Source of the DNA: Carpediemonas membranifera BICM
Taxonomy: Eukaryota; Protista; Fornicata
Length of the DNA stretch: 64,000 bases
Assembly (NCBI GenBank): GCA_019828565.1
Contig: JAHDYR010000017.1
Span: forward strand, 185,360-249,359
Direction: 5' to 3'
Positions within the stretch are counted from its first letter, which is position 1. Each line of letters starts with the position of its first letter. Below, in pieces: positions 10,073 to 21,476 of the stretch. A program made the position numbers and the translations under genes. The notes below the pieces were generated by a model that was not told where the DNA came from, ran no database searches, and saw only the letters and a list, made by a program, of their open reading frames with translations.

Positions 10073-11929
10073 ATGTCAGCCTCTAACGTCGTAATTGCTG
10101 TTCGTATACGGCCAGAGAGCAAGATCGAGCGTGAGAAAAAGCATCCCAGGATCATTAGTCGCGTAAGCGAAGACATGCTCTTTTTTGACCCCGAGCCCTC
10201 GTCATACCACGGAGCGAACAACGTCGTGGCTATGGTACAGAGCAAGCGGTGTCCTGTAAGACGTAGATACAAGAATCTCTCTTTCCAGTTCGATTCCGTG
10301 CTTGAGAATGCCACAAACGAGCATGTCTTCAAGGCCACAGCCGAGAAGATGCTCGACCCCGTATTCGACGGCATCAACGCCACTGTGTTCGCCTACGGTG
10401 CCACTGGTGCAGGGAAGACCTTCACGATGATGGGCGAACCCAACCACAACATTCAGGGCGTCATGATGCTGACAATGCGTGATGTCTTCAGAAGAAAGCA
10501 GGAAGCCACCGACAAACGCATCAAGGTCGTCGTGAGCTACATTGAGATTTATAACGAGCAGATCCACGATCTCCTGGCTCCTCCCGTGAAGGGCAAGGCC
10601 CGCGTCCTCGACCTCCGCGAAGACCGCACCCGGGGCATGGTCATCGCCGGTCTGTCAGAGGAGGTTCTTGATTCGGCCGACGACGCGCTCAGCATCATTG
10701 CCCGCGGCACTGCCAACCGCACCCAGTTTGCAACCGCCGCCAACATGCAATCTTCCAGGTCACACGCGGTCTTCCAGGTCAGGATCGAGCAATGTGACAG
10801 CACCGCAGCGATCACAGAGCCTATGCTGGTGTCTAAGCTGTCTCTCATTGACCTGGCAGGGTCTGAAAGGGCCTGCCGCACCCAGAACAAAGGCACAAGA
10901 CTTGTCGAAGGCGCCGCGATCAACAAGAGCCTGCTCGCCTTAGGCAACTGCATCAACGCGCTCTGCCACCCTCCTGCCAACGGCAGGCGCCAGTTTGTAC
11001 CCTACCGCAACAGCAAGCTGACCCGGCTTCTCAAGGATTCCCTCGGTGGCTCGTGCCGGACTTGCATGATCGCCAACATCTCCCCTTCCGGCTACAACTA
11101 CGAGGATACGCTTAACACGCTCAACTATGCCAACAGAGCCAAGGAGATCAAGACGACGGCGACGAGAAATATTGTAACAGTCAAGCACAGTGCCGTTGAG
11201 CATCAGCGCATCATCAAGGACCTCCAGCTCGAGGTTATGCGGCTGAAGGGTACCATTGCCGAGCTTAGAGAGGAGAACGCCAGACTTCGCGCCGCACCTC
11301 CCGTACCCCTGGAGACAAAGCGGGTCTGCATGGACGAGACCGAGGTCGAGGAGGACGCGGACGTCAGTATGTTCAGTCACACCAGCGAGCTCAAGGAGGA
11401 CACCCCCGCCCGGGGTCCCATGCCGGCCATGAGGCGGCAAGTGCCTCACACTCGCCCCGTTACGGTCGGAGCAGTCCTGCCCAGTGTAGTCTCGAAGACT
11501 GAGACTCCCGCCATGGCGGTTAGAGCGAGGGTAGGCGCGGCTAGACCGTCGACCTCTGTTGCTATGGCGTCCCAACCAGGGACAGAAGCGCCTAAGTCTG
11601 CCGGTAGAGGTCACCGCGGTAACCAGACCGAGCTCGATGCCAGAAAGAAGAAGCTCGCCGAGTACCTCGAGCGGAAGAAGCAGGCCAAGAAGCAGGCCCA
11701 GAACGGTGGCCAAGGGACTCTCAGATCATCGCGCACAGCTCTCGGTGAGAACACCCGCAGAGCAGGGTCAACCCGCAGCGCCAAGAGTGTCAGATTTACC
11801 GATAATTCGAAGGAGAATGCGGTCAATGGAACCACTCGGGCTGTTAAGCTGGATTTGAAGTTGGACGAGCTGAGTAAGAATGTTGCTGGCCTGAGGCCGA
11901 GGGCCCTGCCGCGGCGCATGGGGCTTTAG
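10073..11929 (+). CDS. Kinesin-8 family motor (KIF18/KIF19-like)
   Basis: NATVFAYGATGAGKTFTM, SSRSHAVF, LIDLAGSER, INKSLLALGNCINAL, PYRNSKLTRLLKDSLGG, MIANISPS, YANRAKEIK. Confidence 0.92.
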   Translation: MSASNVVIAVRIRPESKIEREKKHPRIISRVSEDMLFFDPEPSSYHGANNVVAMVQSKRCPVRRRYKNLSFQFDSVLENATNEHVFKATAEKMLDPVFDGINATVFAYGATGAGKTFTMMGEPNHNIQGVMMLTMRDVFRRKQEATDKRIKVVVSYIEIYNEQIHDLLAPPVKGKARVLDLREDRTRGMVIAGLSEEVLDSADDALSIIARGTANRTQFATAANMQSSRSHAVFQVRIEQCDSTAAITEPMLVSKLSLIDLAGSERACRTQNKGTRLVEGAAINKSLLALGNCINALCHPPANGRRQFVPYRNSKLTRLLKDSLGGSCRTCMIANISPSGYNYEDTLNTLNYANRAKEIKTTATRNIVTVKHSAVEHQRIIKDLQLEVMRLKGTIAELREENARLRAAPPVPLETKRVCMDETEVEEDADVSMFSHTSELKEDTPARGPMPAMRRQVPHTRPVTVGAVLPSVVSKTETPAMAVRARVGAARPSTSVAMASQPGTEAPKSAGRGHRGNQTELDARKKKLAEYLERKKQAKKQAQNGGQGTLRSSRTALGENTRRAGSTRSAKSVRFTDNSKENAVNGTTRAVKLDLKLDELSKNVAGLRPRALPRRMGL

Positions 11930-12483
11930 ATGCTGATGGGTTGACTGAGAAATAGCTTGGAGTGTCGATAGGTTATAATAATATTCTCAAAATTGTTTGT
12001 TTTAACGACTGGGGTGAAGTTTCTGCCAAGATTGTGGACAATGGCCCAACCGTCGTCTCTGGCGATGGTCACGAGCGGACTCTCAGGCTGACCATGGCCT
12101 GGCACATCCGTCGTAGGACCGTCCCGAGATGTAAGGTATAATATAACGCTGACCCGCGGTGATATTGGGCGATGTTTTTTTCGTTTACCACCGTTCAATG
12201 GGCAATTTTGCAGCTTGGCGTCCAAAAGCTGAAGAACCTCTGCAAAGAATTGAACTGGCCAGAATGCTCTCCGAAAGTCAACGGGAGCCGAGTCGTCGAA
12301 GTCAGTCGCTAACCCCCCCCCCGCTTGCACTGCCTCATTAATGTGCCCTCATGCGATGATCATTGAAGCACCTCTACCATGCCCTGGTGCATCTTTATGA
12401 TCCGAAACAGCTTTATACATACAAGTCGACCAAGTCTGGATTAAAAACGTAAAAATAGTAACCATATAACTCAAATCCTCGCA

Positions 12484-13572
12484 TCATATCATATCCAAAA
12501 CAGATCCGTTCACCCTAGGAGTGTCCGAGTCATCTGACTCCTCCGTAGAGCACTCGCTCTCAACCTGTTCAAACACAGGACCGAGCATTGAATGAATCAT
12601 AATCTCGGGGCTAAAACTGCCGTCCTTCAGACTCGCGCCGTCCATGATATAACTTGATTGCTCCCCACCAGCCCCAAAGCCATCGACCAGGGCAGTGGAA
12701 GAGGTCACAGTGCTGACAGAGTTGTCGTCCAGCGGCTGACGCGGAGAAGAGGCACCCGAGATGGAGAGCTTGATGCCACTCTTTGACTGTTCAATCTGGC
12801 CTGGATGAGGCCCGCAGGTTCTGCGACTTTTGATTAGATATTTGATCGTTGACTTTTCAGGAATGGCCGTGGATATGAGCATGAGGCAGATCCCTACGAC
12901 GGGACCCCAGCCGGGGCCGTCGGCAATTATAGCGGCCACAGGTGTAACAATGACGCTGAGACACGTCCTCCTGAACGGCGCGGCCGCTGCAAGGAACACC
13001 ACCGCTGTTGTGCTTAGGGGGGGCATACCAACATGGGTGGCGAGGGCGAGGGCGGCGATCGAACAGCCCATGGGTGTAAGAATGCGGTTGTAGGTGCAGG
13101 CGATAGCCAACCCGAGTGTGCCGGCGACGATAGAGCCAAGGATGGACGATGTGGCCACTGGGACTAGCAGCGGGCATCCTGTGACGGCAGCGAACGCCAC
13201 CATGACTCTGGCCCAAGCACTAATGGCGCGAGGGAGGATGCGGGGTATCGCATCCCTGGAGAGGTACCATATGACGGCTATGAGCGTCGTGAGAGCCGCT
13301 GTGAAGAGTACTGTGAGGCTAGCGGCGAGTAGCAGCAGGATCAGCGAAGAGTGAGGGAAGGAAGCATAGACGACGTTGGGGACGGAGATATTGACGAGGA
13401 AACGAGTAATCTCTGTCTCACGACCGGTTTGCACAAGAAGAGCGATCCAAAAGAGGGGCGTGGATGAATCCACGAGTGGTTTGTATAAAAGAACCACGAG
13501 TGGGACGAGAAACTGTACAATCTCTAGCGAGAGGCACACTATCAGAGCCTTCAACATGCTAGAACTGTCCAT
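12484..13572 (-). CDS. Hypothetical multi-pass membrane protein
   Basis: 362-aa ATG-initiated ORF with several hydrophobic segments and an acidic/Ser-rich tail. Confidence 0.6.
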   Translation of the reverse strand: MDSSSMLKALIVCLSLEIVQFLVPLVVLLYKPLVDSSTPLFWIALLVQTGRETEITRFLVNISVPNVVYASFPHSSLILLLLAASLTVLFTAALTTLIAVIWYLSRDAIPRILPRAISAWARVMVAFAAVTGCPLLVPVATSSILGSIVAGTLGLAIACTYNRILTPMGCSIAALALATHVGMPPLSTTAVVFLAAAAPFRRTCLSVIVTPVAAIIADGPGWGPVVGICLMLISTAIPEKSTIKYLIKSRRTCGPHPGQIEQSKSGIKLSISGASSPRQPLDDNSVSTVTSSTALVDGFGAGGEQSSYIMDGASLKDGSFSPEIMIHSMLGPVFEQVESECSTEESDDSDTPRVNGSVLDMI

Positions 13573-14002
13573 GTGTGTCGAAGAAGCTCAGTGTCTTGGT
13601 TTTGATCTACTGCCCCTTTTGGCAACAACGACTGACGATGTCAAGGGCCAAATCTGGAGAGAATCGACGATATCGTCGTCGCCAGACTGGATCAGCCACT
13701 CTCACTGGCGCTTTCTGGCCCGGCGCTGAGGTCCATCTGCCCGAGACTGCCTTGAGCTCATCAAAGCTGACTCTGTCATGCAAGTCAGGAGGGTCAGCCC
13801 CAAACGCCCAGGTTGGGCCGTAGGACGGTGCTATGGCTCGCAGTCTCGCATTTTTTTCCACAATTTGTTTTCCAAAATATCAACGTCGAATACAGCCACT
13901 CGAACCAATTCCCGGTCAACTCGCCCGTTTGTTACCCGACCCATCGTACTGCTACACGACTCCAGCCCCGACCCACGCCTGTCTATTTACCGCATCATCT
14001 CA

Positions 14003-15270
14003 TTACAAGAACTTCGTGTTGGCAACGCCCTTGCCGTGTTCCAAGAACTCTGCCCGGTCAAGCCACAGCTGGTGGAACGTGCCCAAGGAGGAGAGGATCG
14101 ACCCGCCAGTCCATGCTGCCTGGCCTCTCTCGGCAGGGTTGTACGAGTGGACCTTGGTCTTAAAGACGGGCAGTTTCATCGTATCAATCTCGCTAGTGAG
14201 CCTCCGCACAAACTGCGGGAAAGCAGTTGACCCGCCAACAGGCAGGATGTTCTGGAACAAGTCGCGTTGGATGGATTCATCGCATGAGGCGATCGAACTG
14301 ACCACCATGCCCTGTACTGCGGGGTTGTTGTTCCTCCCCGCTGTAGTGTCGAGCATCGTAGGGTTGAAAAGCACCTCAGGCACCGTCAGACGCTCAGTGC
14401 CGAGTGTCACGGTGCTTCCGTCGGGCAGACTGTATGATTCTGGGGGCGTGGGGTCGGTGCTGTCGTCCATAGGCACGTCGGGGACGTCGCAGATCGACTC
14501 CTTGATATCCTCTACAAGCATAGCGCGGCGGAAGGCGTGGTATGAGTCGGTGATGCCGGGGAGGTGGCGGTGAGTGACGCTGGAGCCGCGCTTGAAGTAT
14601 TGATATGGGGATAAGAGGTCGACGTGCTTGTCATTGAGCTTACTATCGAGAATACCGGTGATCACATCGCCCGCAATAGGGCTTGAGACGACGTGGTTGT
14701 GTAGAGCGTATCCCTCGTGGATGGGTACGGCAGCAGTGTAGCCGGCCCCGCTCTCAAGCACCAGGCCCGTGTAGCGGGCACTAGCATAGCACGCTGTCAC
14801 TGCGCTGTGGGCGAAGTAGACGGCAGGGCAGTCTAGCGTCTCGAATAGATACTCAACAAGCTCGGCGCGGACGGCGGAGGGGCATACGATAGGATCGATC
14901 ATGAGAATGGGATGGGAGACGCGGAGCTCGGAGAGGTCCGCATTGCGGCGACCTGTGAGCCTGTTGAGGCCGTATGAGTAGATCTCGCACACCTTTTCGA
15001 CGTTTTGGATGACGCCGTTGGTGACGGGGCGCTCAATGTCCATGTGTTTGTGGGGGTATAGAAGCTCGGTGTCTCCAACAAAGTTGGAGGTCTCAGTTCC
15101 GGAAGACTGGGCGCCAACTACCTGAATAAGAGCGAGGAAGAGGCACATACGGAAGGGATCGTCAGAGTAGGCGTGTCATTGCCAGAGAAGCCGAATCTAA
15201 CATTCCTACTGCCAGTGTCGATCACTAGCGCTGATATATCGTCACCACCGGATATCTGGCCAGCACTCAT
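14003..15270 (-). CDS. Nuclear actin-related protein (Arp4/ACTL6-like), intron 15122-15150
   Basis: GGDDISALVIDTGS...GFSGNDTP (Arp4-type N-terminus), YSLPDG, WTGGSILSSLGTFHQLW; 29-nt GTATGT..TTCAG intron joins IPS|VVG. Confidence 0.9.
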
Positions 15271-15553
15271 CGTCTTGTTGCACGTTGCGCGCAGTTTTGC
15301 CATTTGGCTGAGGCTGCACAACTAGACAAAATGGAGTGTTCTAGACAGCCGGGTACATCTCATATGAGTATTGACACAATCTCAATCCCTGACGTTCTTT
15401 GAATTACTCAAATTGATTTCCGGTGATTGAGACGACAAAAACACAGTAGTGCATGCGTCTACCCTCATACTGCATGGCTGCAGCTTACAAGGCCTGGCTG
15501 TCACAACATACAGTGGTCAATGCCAGTCCGCAGCAAATTTAGCCACGAACGAA

Positions 15554-16654
15554 ATGCGTACAAAGGTTCTGCTCCTTTTTGCAATCTTCGCCCTTGTGCT
15601 CTGTAAGCCTAAGGTTTATGTGATCTACACTGGTGGGACAATCGGTATGAAGAAGACCTCCAAGGGCTATGAACCAGCTGCTGGCTACCTTTCTAGTGTT
15701 GTGAAGGCTCTTCCCAACTTCCACACCGACGACATGCCCGATTTCACCATCGTGGAGTACAACCCCCTTCTTGATTCCTCCAATATGTCTCCCGCTGACT
15801 GGCTCAAGGTCGCCAACGACGTCTACGCGCACTACAACGAGTATGACGGCTTCGTCGTCATCCACGGCACGGACACCATGGCCTACACCGCCTCTGCCCT
15901 CTCCTTCCTCCTCCAGAACACCAACAAGATGATTGTCGTCACCGGCTCACAGATTCCTCTCGTAGAGTCCGTCAACGACGGTGTGTTCAACCTTGCTGGC
16001 GCCATCAAGCTTGCTGGCACCCTTAGCATCCCCGAGGTCTGCGTCTACTTCGACCACAAGCTATTCCGCGGCAACCGTGTCTCCAAGCTCTCTGCCTGGT
16101 CTCTCAACGGCTTTGATTCTGGCGACTTCCCGCCTCTTGCCACGTACGGCGTCACAGTCGCCGTTGAGTCCGACCACGTCCTGCCCAAGACCAAATCTCC
16201 TCTCACTCGCCCCACGGCGCCTTCGGATGACGTCGTCATGCTCCACTTGTACCCTGGCATCACTGGCGCTACTGTCCGCGCCATGACCAAGGGGGCGAAG
16301 GGGCTGGTCATGCTCGCTTTCGGTACAGGCAACGGCCCCGACGCGAACACTGATTTCCTCGCTGCTCTCAAAGAGGCTCACGACGCCGGCTGTGTGATTG
16401 TCGACGTGACCCAGTGCCACCAGGGCATTGTCAACATGGGCGAATATGCCACCGGCAACGCCTTCCTCGCTGTTGGTGCTGTCTCTGGCTACGACCTCAC
16501 GCCCGAGGCCGCCTACACCAAGCTCTCTTGGCTTATTGGCCGTGGCATGAGTCAGAAGGACATTGAGTGGTGGATGGCTAACGACATCCGCGGTGAAATG
16601 AGCTTGCCTGCCAATGACATCCACCACGAGATCGTCTACGTCAGAGATATTTAA
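15554..16654 (+). CDS. L-asparaginase, type I (AnsA-like), with N-terminal signal-peptide-like segment
   Basis: YTGGTIGM, PLLDSSNM, HGTDTMAYTASALSF, TGSQIP, DLTPEAAYTKL, RGEM; N-terminus MRTKVLLLFAIFALVLC. Confidence 0.92.
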   Translation: MRTKVLLLFAIFALVLCKPKVYVIYTGGTIGMKKTSKGYEPAAGYLSSVVKALPNFHTDDMPDFTIVEYNPLLDSSNMSPADWLKVANDVYAHYNEYDGFVVIHGTDTMAYTASALSFLLQNTNKMIVVTGSQIPLVESVNDGVFNLAGAIKLAGTLSIPEVCVYFDHKLFRGNRVSKLSAWSLNGFDSGDFPPLATYGVTVAVESDHVLPKTKSPLTRPTAPSDDVVMLHLYPGITGATVRAMTKGAKGLVMLAFGTGNGPDANTDFLAALKEAHDAGCVIVDVTQCHQGIVNMGEYATGNAFLAVGAVSGYDLTPEAAYTKLSWLIGRGMSQKDIEWWMANDIRGEMSLPANDIHHEIVYVRDI

Positions 16655-17062
16655 GCAGCGCGTGCTGGTTCTGTTCCTTTAAATGTTGCTGTTTGGGTGT
16701 ACTTGAGGGTAGTCTTGGCAGGAGTGCAGCCGAGGTCTGCAAGAATCGCTTCACGCGTGACGTTTATGCCTTCATGCTCGGGAAGACGGGAAGACGGGTA
16801 AAAACGGTGAGAGTTGCACACCGCCCATACCATGAATGCTACCCCCTCATCTGCACAAGCCAAGGTCTGTGCAGCAAGCTGTGTCCGGTGGGGGAGCTGT
16901 TCGTCGGGCAATGTCAGGAAGCTCAACACGCCCTGCGGACTCCCCTGCTTCAGGCGGCGATGATGTGGCCCTCGTGTCATCCGCTGGTCAGTTCTGGTCG
17001 TGCTGACTTGGTCTCCTGGGAAGCGTTTGAAGGTGGAAGTGTCTCGATTCGAAGACCAAGCG

Positions 17063-18619
17063 ATGCCTGTGCAAGATGCCCCTACGTTGAACGCAAAAGA
17101 CTCTCTTATTGCGGCATATCGTCTTTCTGTGGCCAACACCGCGCATGTCGCTGGAGACGTCCCCAATCTTCTGAGGCACGCATACTCCAGGCACTTTCAA
17201 GCAAATATGCCAGTGATACACGATGTAGAGAGTAATTCTACGGTATCAAGCGCTGATTCTCTTGAATCACTCCTCCCCTTGCTCGCCGAGATTTCCCCTC
17301 TCGAACCAACAGCGCAAGCTCTCATAGACCGCGCCCGCTCGATCCTCACCAGCGGCCCTCCGCTGTCCATGAACGTCGAGCTCGCAGATGGCGAGGAGCT
17401 CCCGGTCGCCATGCACACCCTGCTCCAGGGCACACTATGGGCCTCCATCATCTCCAGCGGCGCCGATCCAGACCTCGTCGACAGAGGCATGGACAAATCT
17501 GCAGAGTACACACACGCAGACAAGCTCCCATGGTTCTTGTGTAAGAAATTCTTCTTCACTTGGAACGTGGCCGAGAAAGACTGCGAGACTCGCTCCTATA
17601 GGACTGTCAGACAAAGGCTGTATTGCGGTAGGCTCTTTATACAACAGGTATGGCCAACAGCAGCGATCAAACTCGACTGCTGCAAGTTCTGTCGCGTGAG
17701 ATGCCCTCCCATTGTTGGTAGGCATTGCACATCTGACGGTTTGTCACTGATTGCGGTCACACCCATGGGTCTTTGGGGATTTGGAGCTAATCATTGCCTC
17801 CAGCTGGGCATGGGCGGCCGAGTGGTCGTATCTTCTGGTCGAATTAGATTTGATGCTTGTCCTGCGATATCTGAGTACGAAGCAAATCTTCCAGCCTGGC
17901 ACAAAGATCGCTTGGTCGAGTGGATATCAATCAATCGCAGTAGAACTCTCCTCATGACAAAAGTCGGCCTTGCGGTCGCATCCAATTCCGCGATTATGTA
18001 CTGCGGCGCCGATCTAGATGATTCCCGAATCTTCAACCCCGTTCCACTTCCACCCAACTTTGTCCCAGATCACATCATGACCGACAACCTAACCGCCATC
18101 CTCACTGACACTGAGCGCCAACTGATCGCGGGCGGCAACATGCACGGGCAGCTCGGTCTTGGCCATCGCGAGACCGTCTGCCGCTTCACTCAGCTTCCAT
18201 TCAGAGTTGATCGAATTCTTCATTCCATGTTCTTCTCCGTCTTCCTGCGTGGTAGCGAGCTCTTGTTTGCAGGCTCAGTGACGCCATTCATCGCCCAGTG
18301 GCTGCCCCCGACCTTCATTGGCGAGCGGGCTGTGTCGCGTGCCATTACTTTGAACACGCCTGGTGACCTTACTGGAATCATCGTCGCGTACGACGGCGTT
18401 TGCTGGACTACGAGCAGTACGACAACGATCAAGGAGGCTTCATTCAACGCTACTGTGTGCTTCAGGGCGACTGGGCGATTGAAGCATTGTCTGAGGGATG
18501 GGGAGGGCCGATGGTGGGAGATTAAGGTCGACCGCAGGCCGTTTTGTCAGACAGAAATGTTGGTTGAAGAGAATCTTGACGGTCGGGTGGATATTGAGAG
18601 ATTCATTCCGATCGAATAA
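17063..18619 (+). CDS. RCC1-like repeat protein
   Basis: LWGFGANHCLQLGMG and AGGNMHGQLGLGH repeats. Confidence 0.7.
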   Translation: MPVQDAPTLNAKDSLIAAYRLSVANTAHVAGDVPNLLRHAYSRHFQANMPVIHDVESNSTVSSADSLESLLPLLAEISPLEPTAQALIDRARSILTSGPPLSMNVELADGEELPVAMHTLLQGTLWASIISSGADPDLVDRGMDKSAEYTHADKLPWFLCKKFFFTWNVAEKDCETRSYRTVRQRLYCGRLFIQQVWPTAAIKLDCCKFCRVRCPPIVGRHCTSDGLSLIAVTPMGLWGFGANHCLQLGMGGRVVVSSGRIRFDACPAISEYEANLPAWHKDRLVEWISINRSRTLLMTKVGLAVASNSAIMYCGADLDDSRIFNPVPLPPNFVPDHIMTDNLTAILTDTERQLIAGGNMHGQLGLGHRETVCRFTQLPFRVDRILHSMFFSVFLRGSELLFAGSVTPFIAQWLPPTFIGERAVSRAITLNTPGDLTGIIVAYDGVCWTTSSTTTIKEASFNATVCFRATGRLKHCLRDGEGRWWEIKVDRRPFCQTEMLVEENLDGRVDIERFIPIE

Positions 18620-18698
18620 TAATAAACTCGGAAAATTGATTGGTTATATCAATCAAAAGTCAGCTACAGTACACTAAGCACCACCTCCACCACCACCT

Positions 18699-20040
18699 CT
18701 ACCTCGGCGTGGGGGGCAGGCCCGGGAGGGGTCGGGCCGGTCTCCGGCGGACTTCTGCTCTGAGCCTCAGTTTGAGCAGTTTAAGGCCAGTGATGTCGCC
18801 CTCGACGAGACAACCACCGACTCCAGCCATGACGGCCGAGTTCTCGAGGCCAGACGCCTTTGATATGTCGATGCGCTCCAGGGATTGAGTATAATGCACT
18901 GAATCAGCCAGCATCCTCGCTGAATCCTCATCGATTGCCGCCCCAGCCAACCCGATCACCTTCAGCGTCGAGGACAAGGGTAGGGTGCCAGCGAGGTACG
19001 CTAGGCCGGCCTCGGTCATCCCTGTATACGACACCTCGACGTGGGTGACCTTGGCGTTGCAGGAGAGGGCATCCGCGAGGGCAATGGCGCCGTCGTCCCC
19101 GATGTCGTTATAACTGAGGTCTAGCACGCGGAGGGTCGAGTTCTGGCCCAAGGCAGTGACAATATGAGCGCCATCGTGGCCTATCTTGTTGTGGGCGGCG
19201 CTGAGTGTGACCAGGCACGGGTCAGCCTGCAGCACGTCGCCAAGGACCCGGGCGGCTCGGTTTGTCAGGTTGTTGTGGTCGAGAAAGAGCTTACGCAGGC
19301 CTAGGGAGCACATGACACCGCAGCCGAGCTGCTCCATGCCGTCGTCTTCGAGACTACAGCCAATCAAAGAGAGCTTTTTGATCGAGTCTGAAGCACAAAG
19401 TACGTCTGCCAAGAGCTTGCAGTGGTTCGTACCCAGCTCAATATCGTCGAGTATCAGGTCGCTAACAACAGAGCTCTGCACAATCTGCCTTGCGACCAAG
19501 TGAAGCTGCGCCAGAGTCGTGCTCGGGTCGAGGACCAACTCTCGGCTGTCCGTCGCATCCTTGGTCACCGTATGGACCCGAAGCATGTCTAGGACGCTTG
19601 CTAGAGCTGTCACGCCGAGTCTGGAGCAGTCTGCGCGGTAGTTCTCGACCCTGATGCTCGCCCCGATGTGTTCAAGGAGCTCGGCCCGGGCGTCGGCGGA
19701 TTCTACGGACATGACCATCGTCCTGGTCGCAGTGACAACCTTGAAGAACGAGTTGAACGTCTCGTAGCCCTTCATGGGCATCTCGGTGTCTGTCTCCACC
19801 TTGGAGTTGCAAAGGGGGAGGTATCCTTTCAAATCGGCGATGCTGGAGTTTGCAAAGTAGAAGATGGAGCCTGTGTAATGAATAGATCGGGAACATACCT
19901 TCAACAAGGATCATCCAGCGCTTCTTCCAGTTCTTGATGCGACCGCCTTGCTTAATGATCCATCCTTCCCATAAAATCGTCTTCCCAGATCCATTGAGAG
20001 TCCATCTATCATGTATACTATCTTTGGACTCCTTTCCCAT
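18699..20040 (-). CDS. PH domain + ribonuclease-inhibitor-like LRR protein, intron 19871-19898
   Basis: EGWIIKQGGRIKNWKKRW (PH beta1-2); 28-nt GTATGT..ACACAG intron; LRRs such as LRVLDLSYNDIGDDGAIALADAL. Confidence 0.88.
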
Positions 20041-20166
20041 GCGGTAAGAACGCTTGGTCTCTGGGAGATGGTCGCCTTCTAGTTGTGGGCGGATTTATGG
20101 TTAACGTAAATGACCCCTGATACAACTCTGACATGACCCGGTGTCCTGATGGGATCATTTACCATC

Positions 20167-21414
20167 CTAAACTGCACTAAACCCTCCAATCCCGACTCCA
20201 CTCGAAGTCGGCCGTTGGAAGTCCATCTGCCGAACAAACGAGGGCGACGGCATAGGCGAGGGCGACCAAACATCCTTCTCAAAGCTAGTGGCCAGTGCAC
20301 GATGCATCTCTGCAAGCCTGTTGCCCCTCGCGTTGCCCTGGACCATCATGATAGGCACGCTGCTCGTCCGCTGTGGCCCGATCTTCTTGCTTCTACTCGA
20401 TTCAGTAGCAGATGCAGTAGCCTTAAGAGATCTGTGTGTGTATGGATCTAGGCTGTCAACGCTGGGGGTTCTACTGATTGTCTCCGGCATCGAATCGAGG
20501 AAGAAGTCAAGATTTGCACCGCGTGGCGGTCGAGTCATTTTTGGAGTCACACGGGTCTTTGCACGCCGGGCTGACGCACTTGCTGAACGACGCATCGTCC
20601 GTGCCGGCGTGGGTCTGGGTGGCGTCATCGGCACTCTGGGCGATGGCAGGATCCTAGGATTGAGCATGAATGGAGTCGCCCGCACGCCTTCGATCTTAGC
20701 ACTATGGGCTAGCGGGTGGACCCTGCTGGCTGTGGAAATCCGGGTCGGCGTCTTGGTGCGGGGCGGGTGGTTGTTCCTTGGAGAGGGGACGGGCTTGGGG
20801 CTGGATGGGGGCTTAGGCTTCGTCTTGCGGCGGCGTGAGTCGAACAGTTGCCGCGGCTGAATAGTGGAGGGTGCGCTCTGGGGCCGGCCGCTCGACGTGG
20901 AGGGGCGATTGCGGATCCCAGAAGTGGGTCTAGACCTCGGGGTGCGTGGTCTGGCCGTCGATGGCCGGGGATTGGTCGCTTCTATTGGGAGAGTGGGCAC
21001 CATTCGAGAGTATTCGAATTTGAGGCGGCGACGATAGTTCTCCACGTGAGTTTCAGCGGCGATATGTGGGTTCCGGTATTGAAATGTTCTATACTTGCCA
21101 CCACTGAGGAATGCGTGGATTTCCTGTGCCGTGGGCGCTTGTGGCGGAGGTTTCGTGTCAAACTCCGCTCCAGTGAGAAAAGTATCTGGATCGTTGCTAG
21201 TGTCGTCATAATACGACTGTTCATCACCGAATCCGTTCATAAACTTGTCGGTAGGTAGCGCTTTCGCGAGTTTTCGTCGAACTCTTCGCTTCTTCCGATT
21301 GGGTCGAGATTGAGCAGGAAGATTCGACTGCATAACTCGACCACAGGTGACCCCGCGATAGCACATACAAGCTACTGGCACCCATTTTTCGAAAGAAGCC
21401 AGTCTTTCCACCAT
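20167..21414 (-). CDS. Hypothetical low-complexity Pro/Arg/Ser/Thr-rich protein
   Basis: Long ORF filling the gap downstream of MCM2; no recognised domain. Confidence 0.55.
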   Translation of the reverse strand: MVERLASFEKWVPVACMCYRGVTCGRVMQSNLPAQSRPNRKKRRVRRKLAKALPTDKFMNGFGDEQSYYDDTSNDPDTFLTGAEFDTKPPPQAPTAQEIHAFLSGGKYRTFQYRNPHIAAETHVENYRRRLKFEYSRMVPTLPIEATNPRPSTARPRTPRSRPTSGIRNRPSTSSGRPQSAPSTIQPRQLFDSRRRKTKPKPPSSPKPVPSPRNNHPPRTKTPTRISTASRVHPLAHSAKIEGVRATPFMLNPRILPSPRVPMTPPRPTPARTMRRSASASARRAKTRVTPKMTRPPRGANLDFFLDSMPETISRTPSVDSLDPYTHRSLKATASATESSRSKKIGPQRTSSVPIMMVQGNARGNRLAEMHRALATSFEKDVWSPSPMPSPSFVRQMDFQRPTSSGVGIGGFSAV

Positions 21415-21476
21415 TGCTTCTCTGATCTCGCTCAGGCAGGGTTGGCACGACACAATCGACTGAAACTGCACAGATT

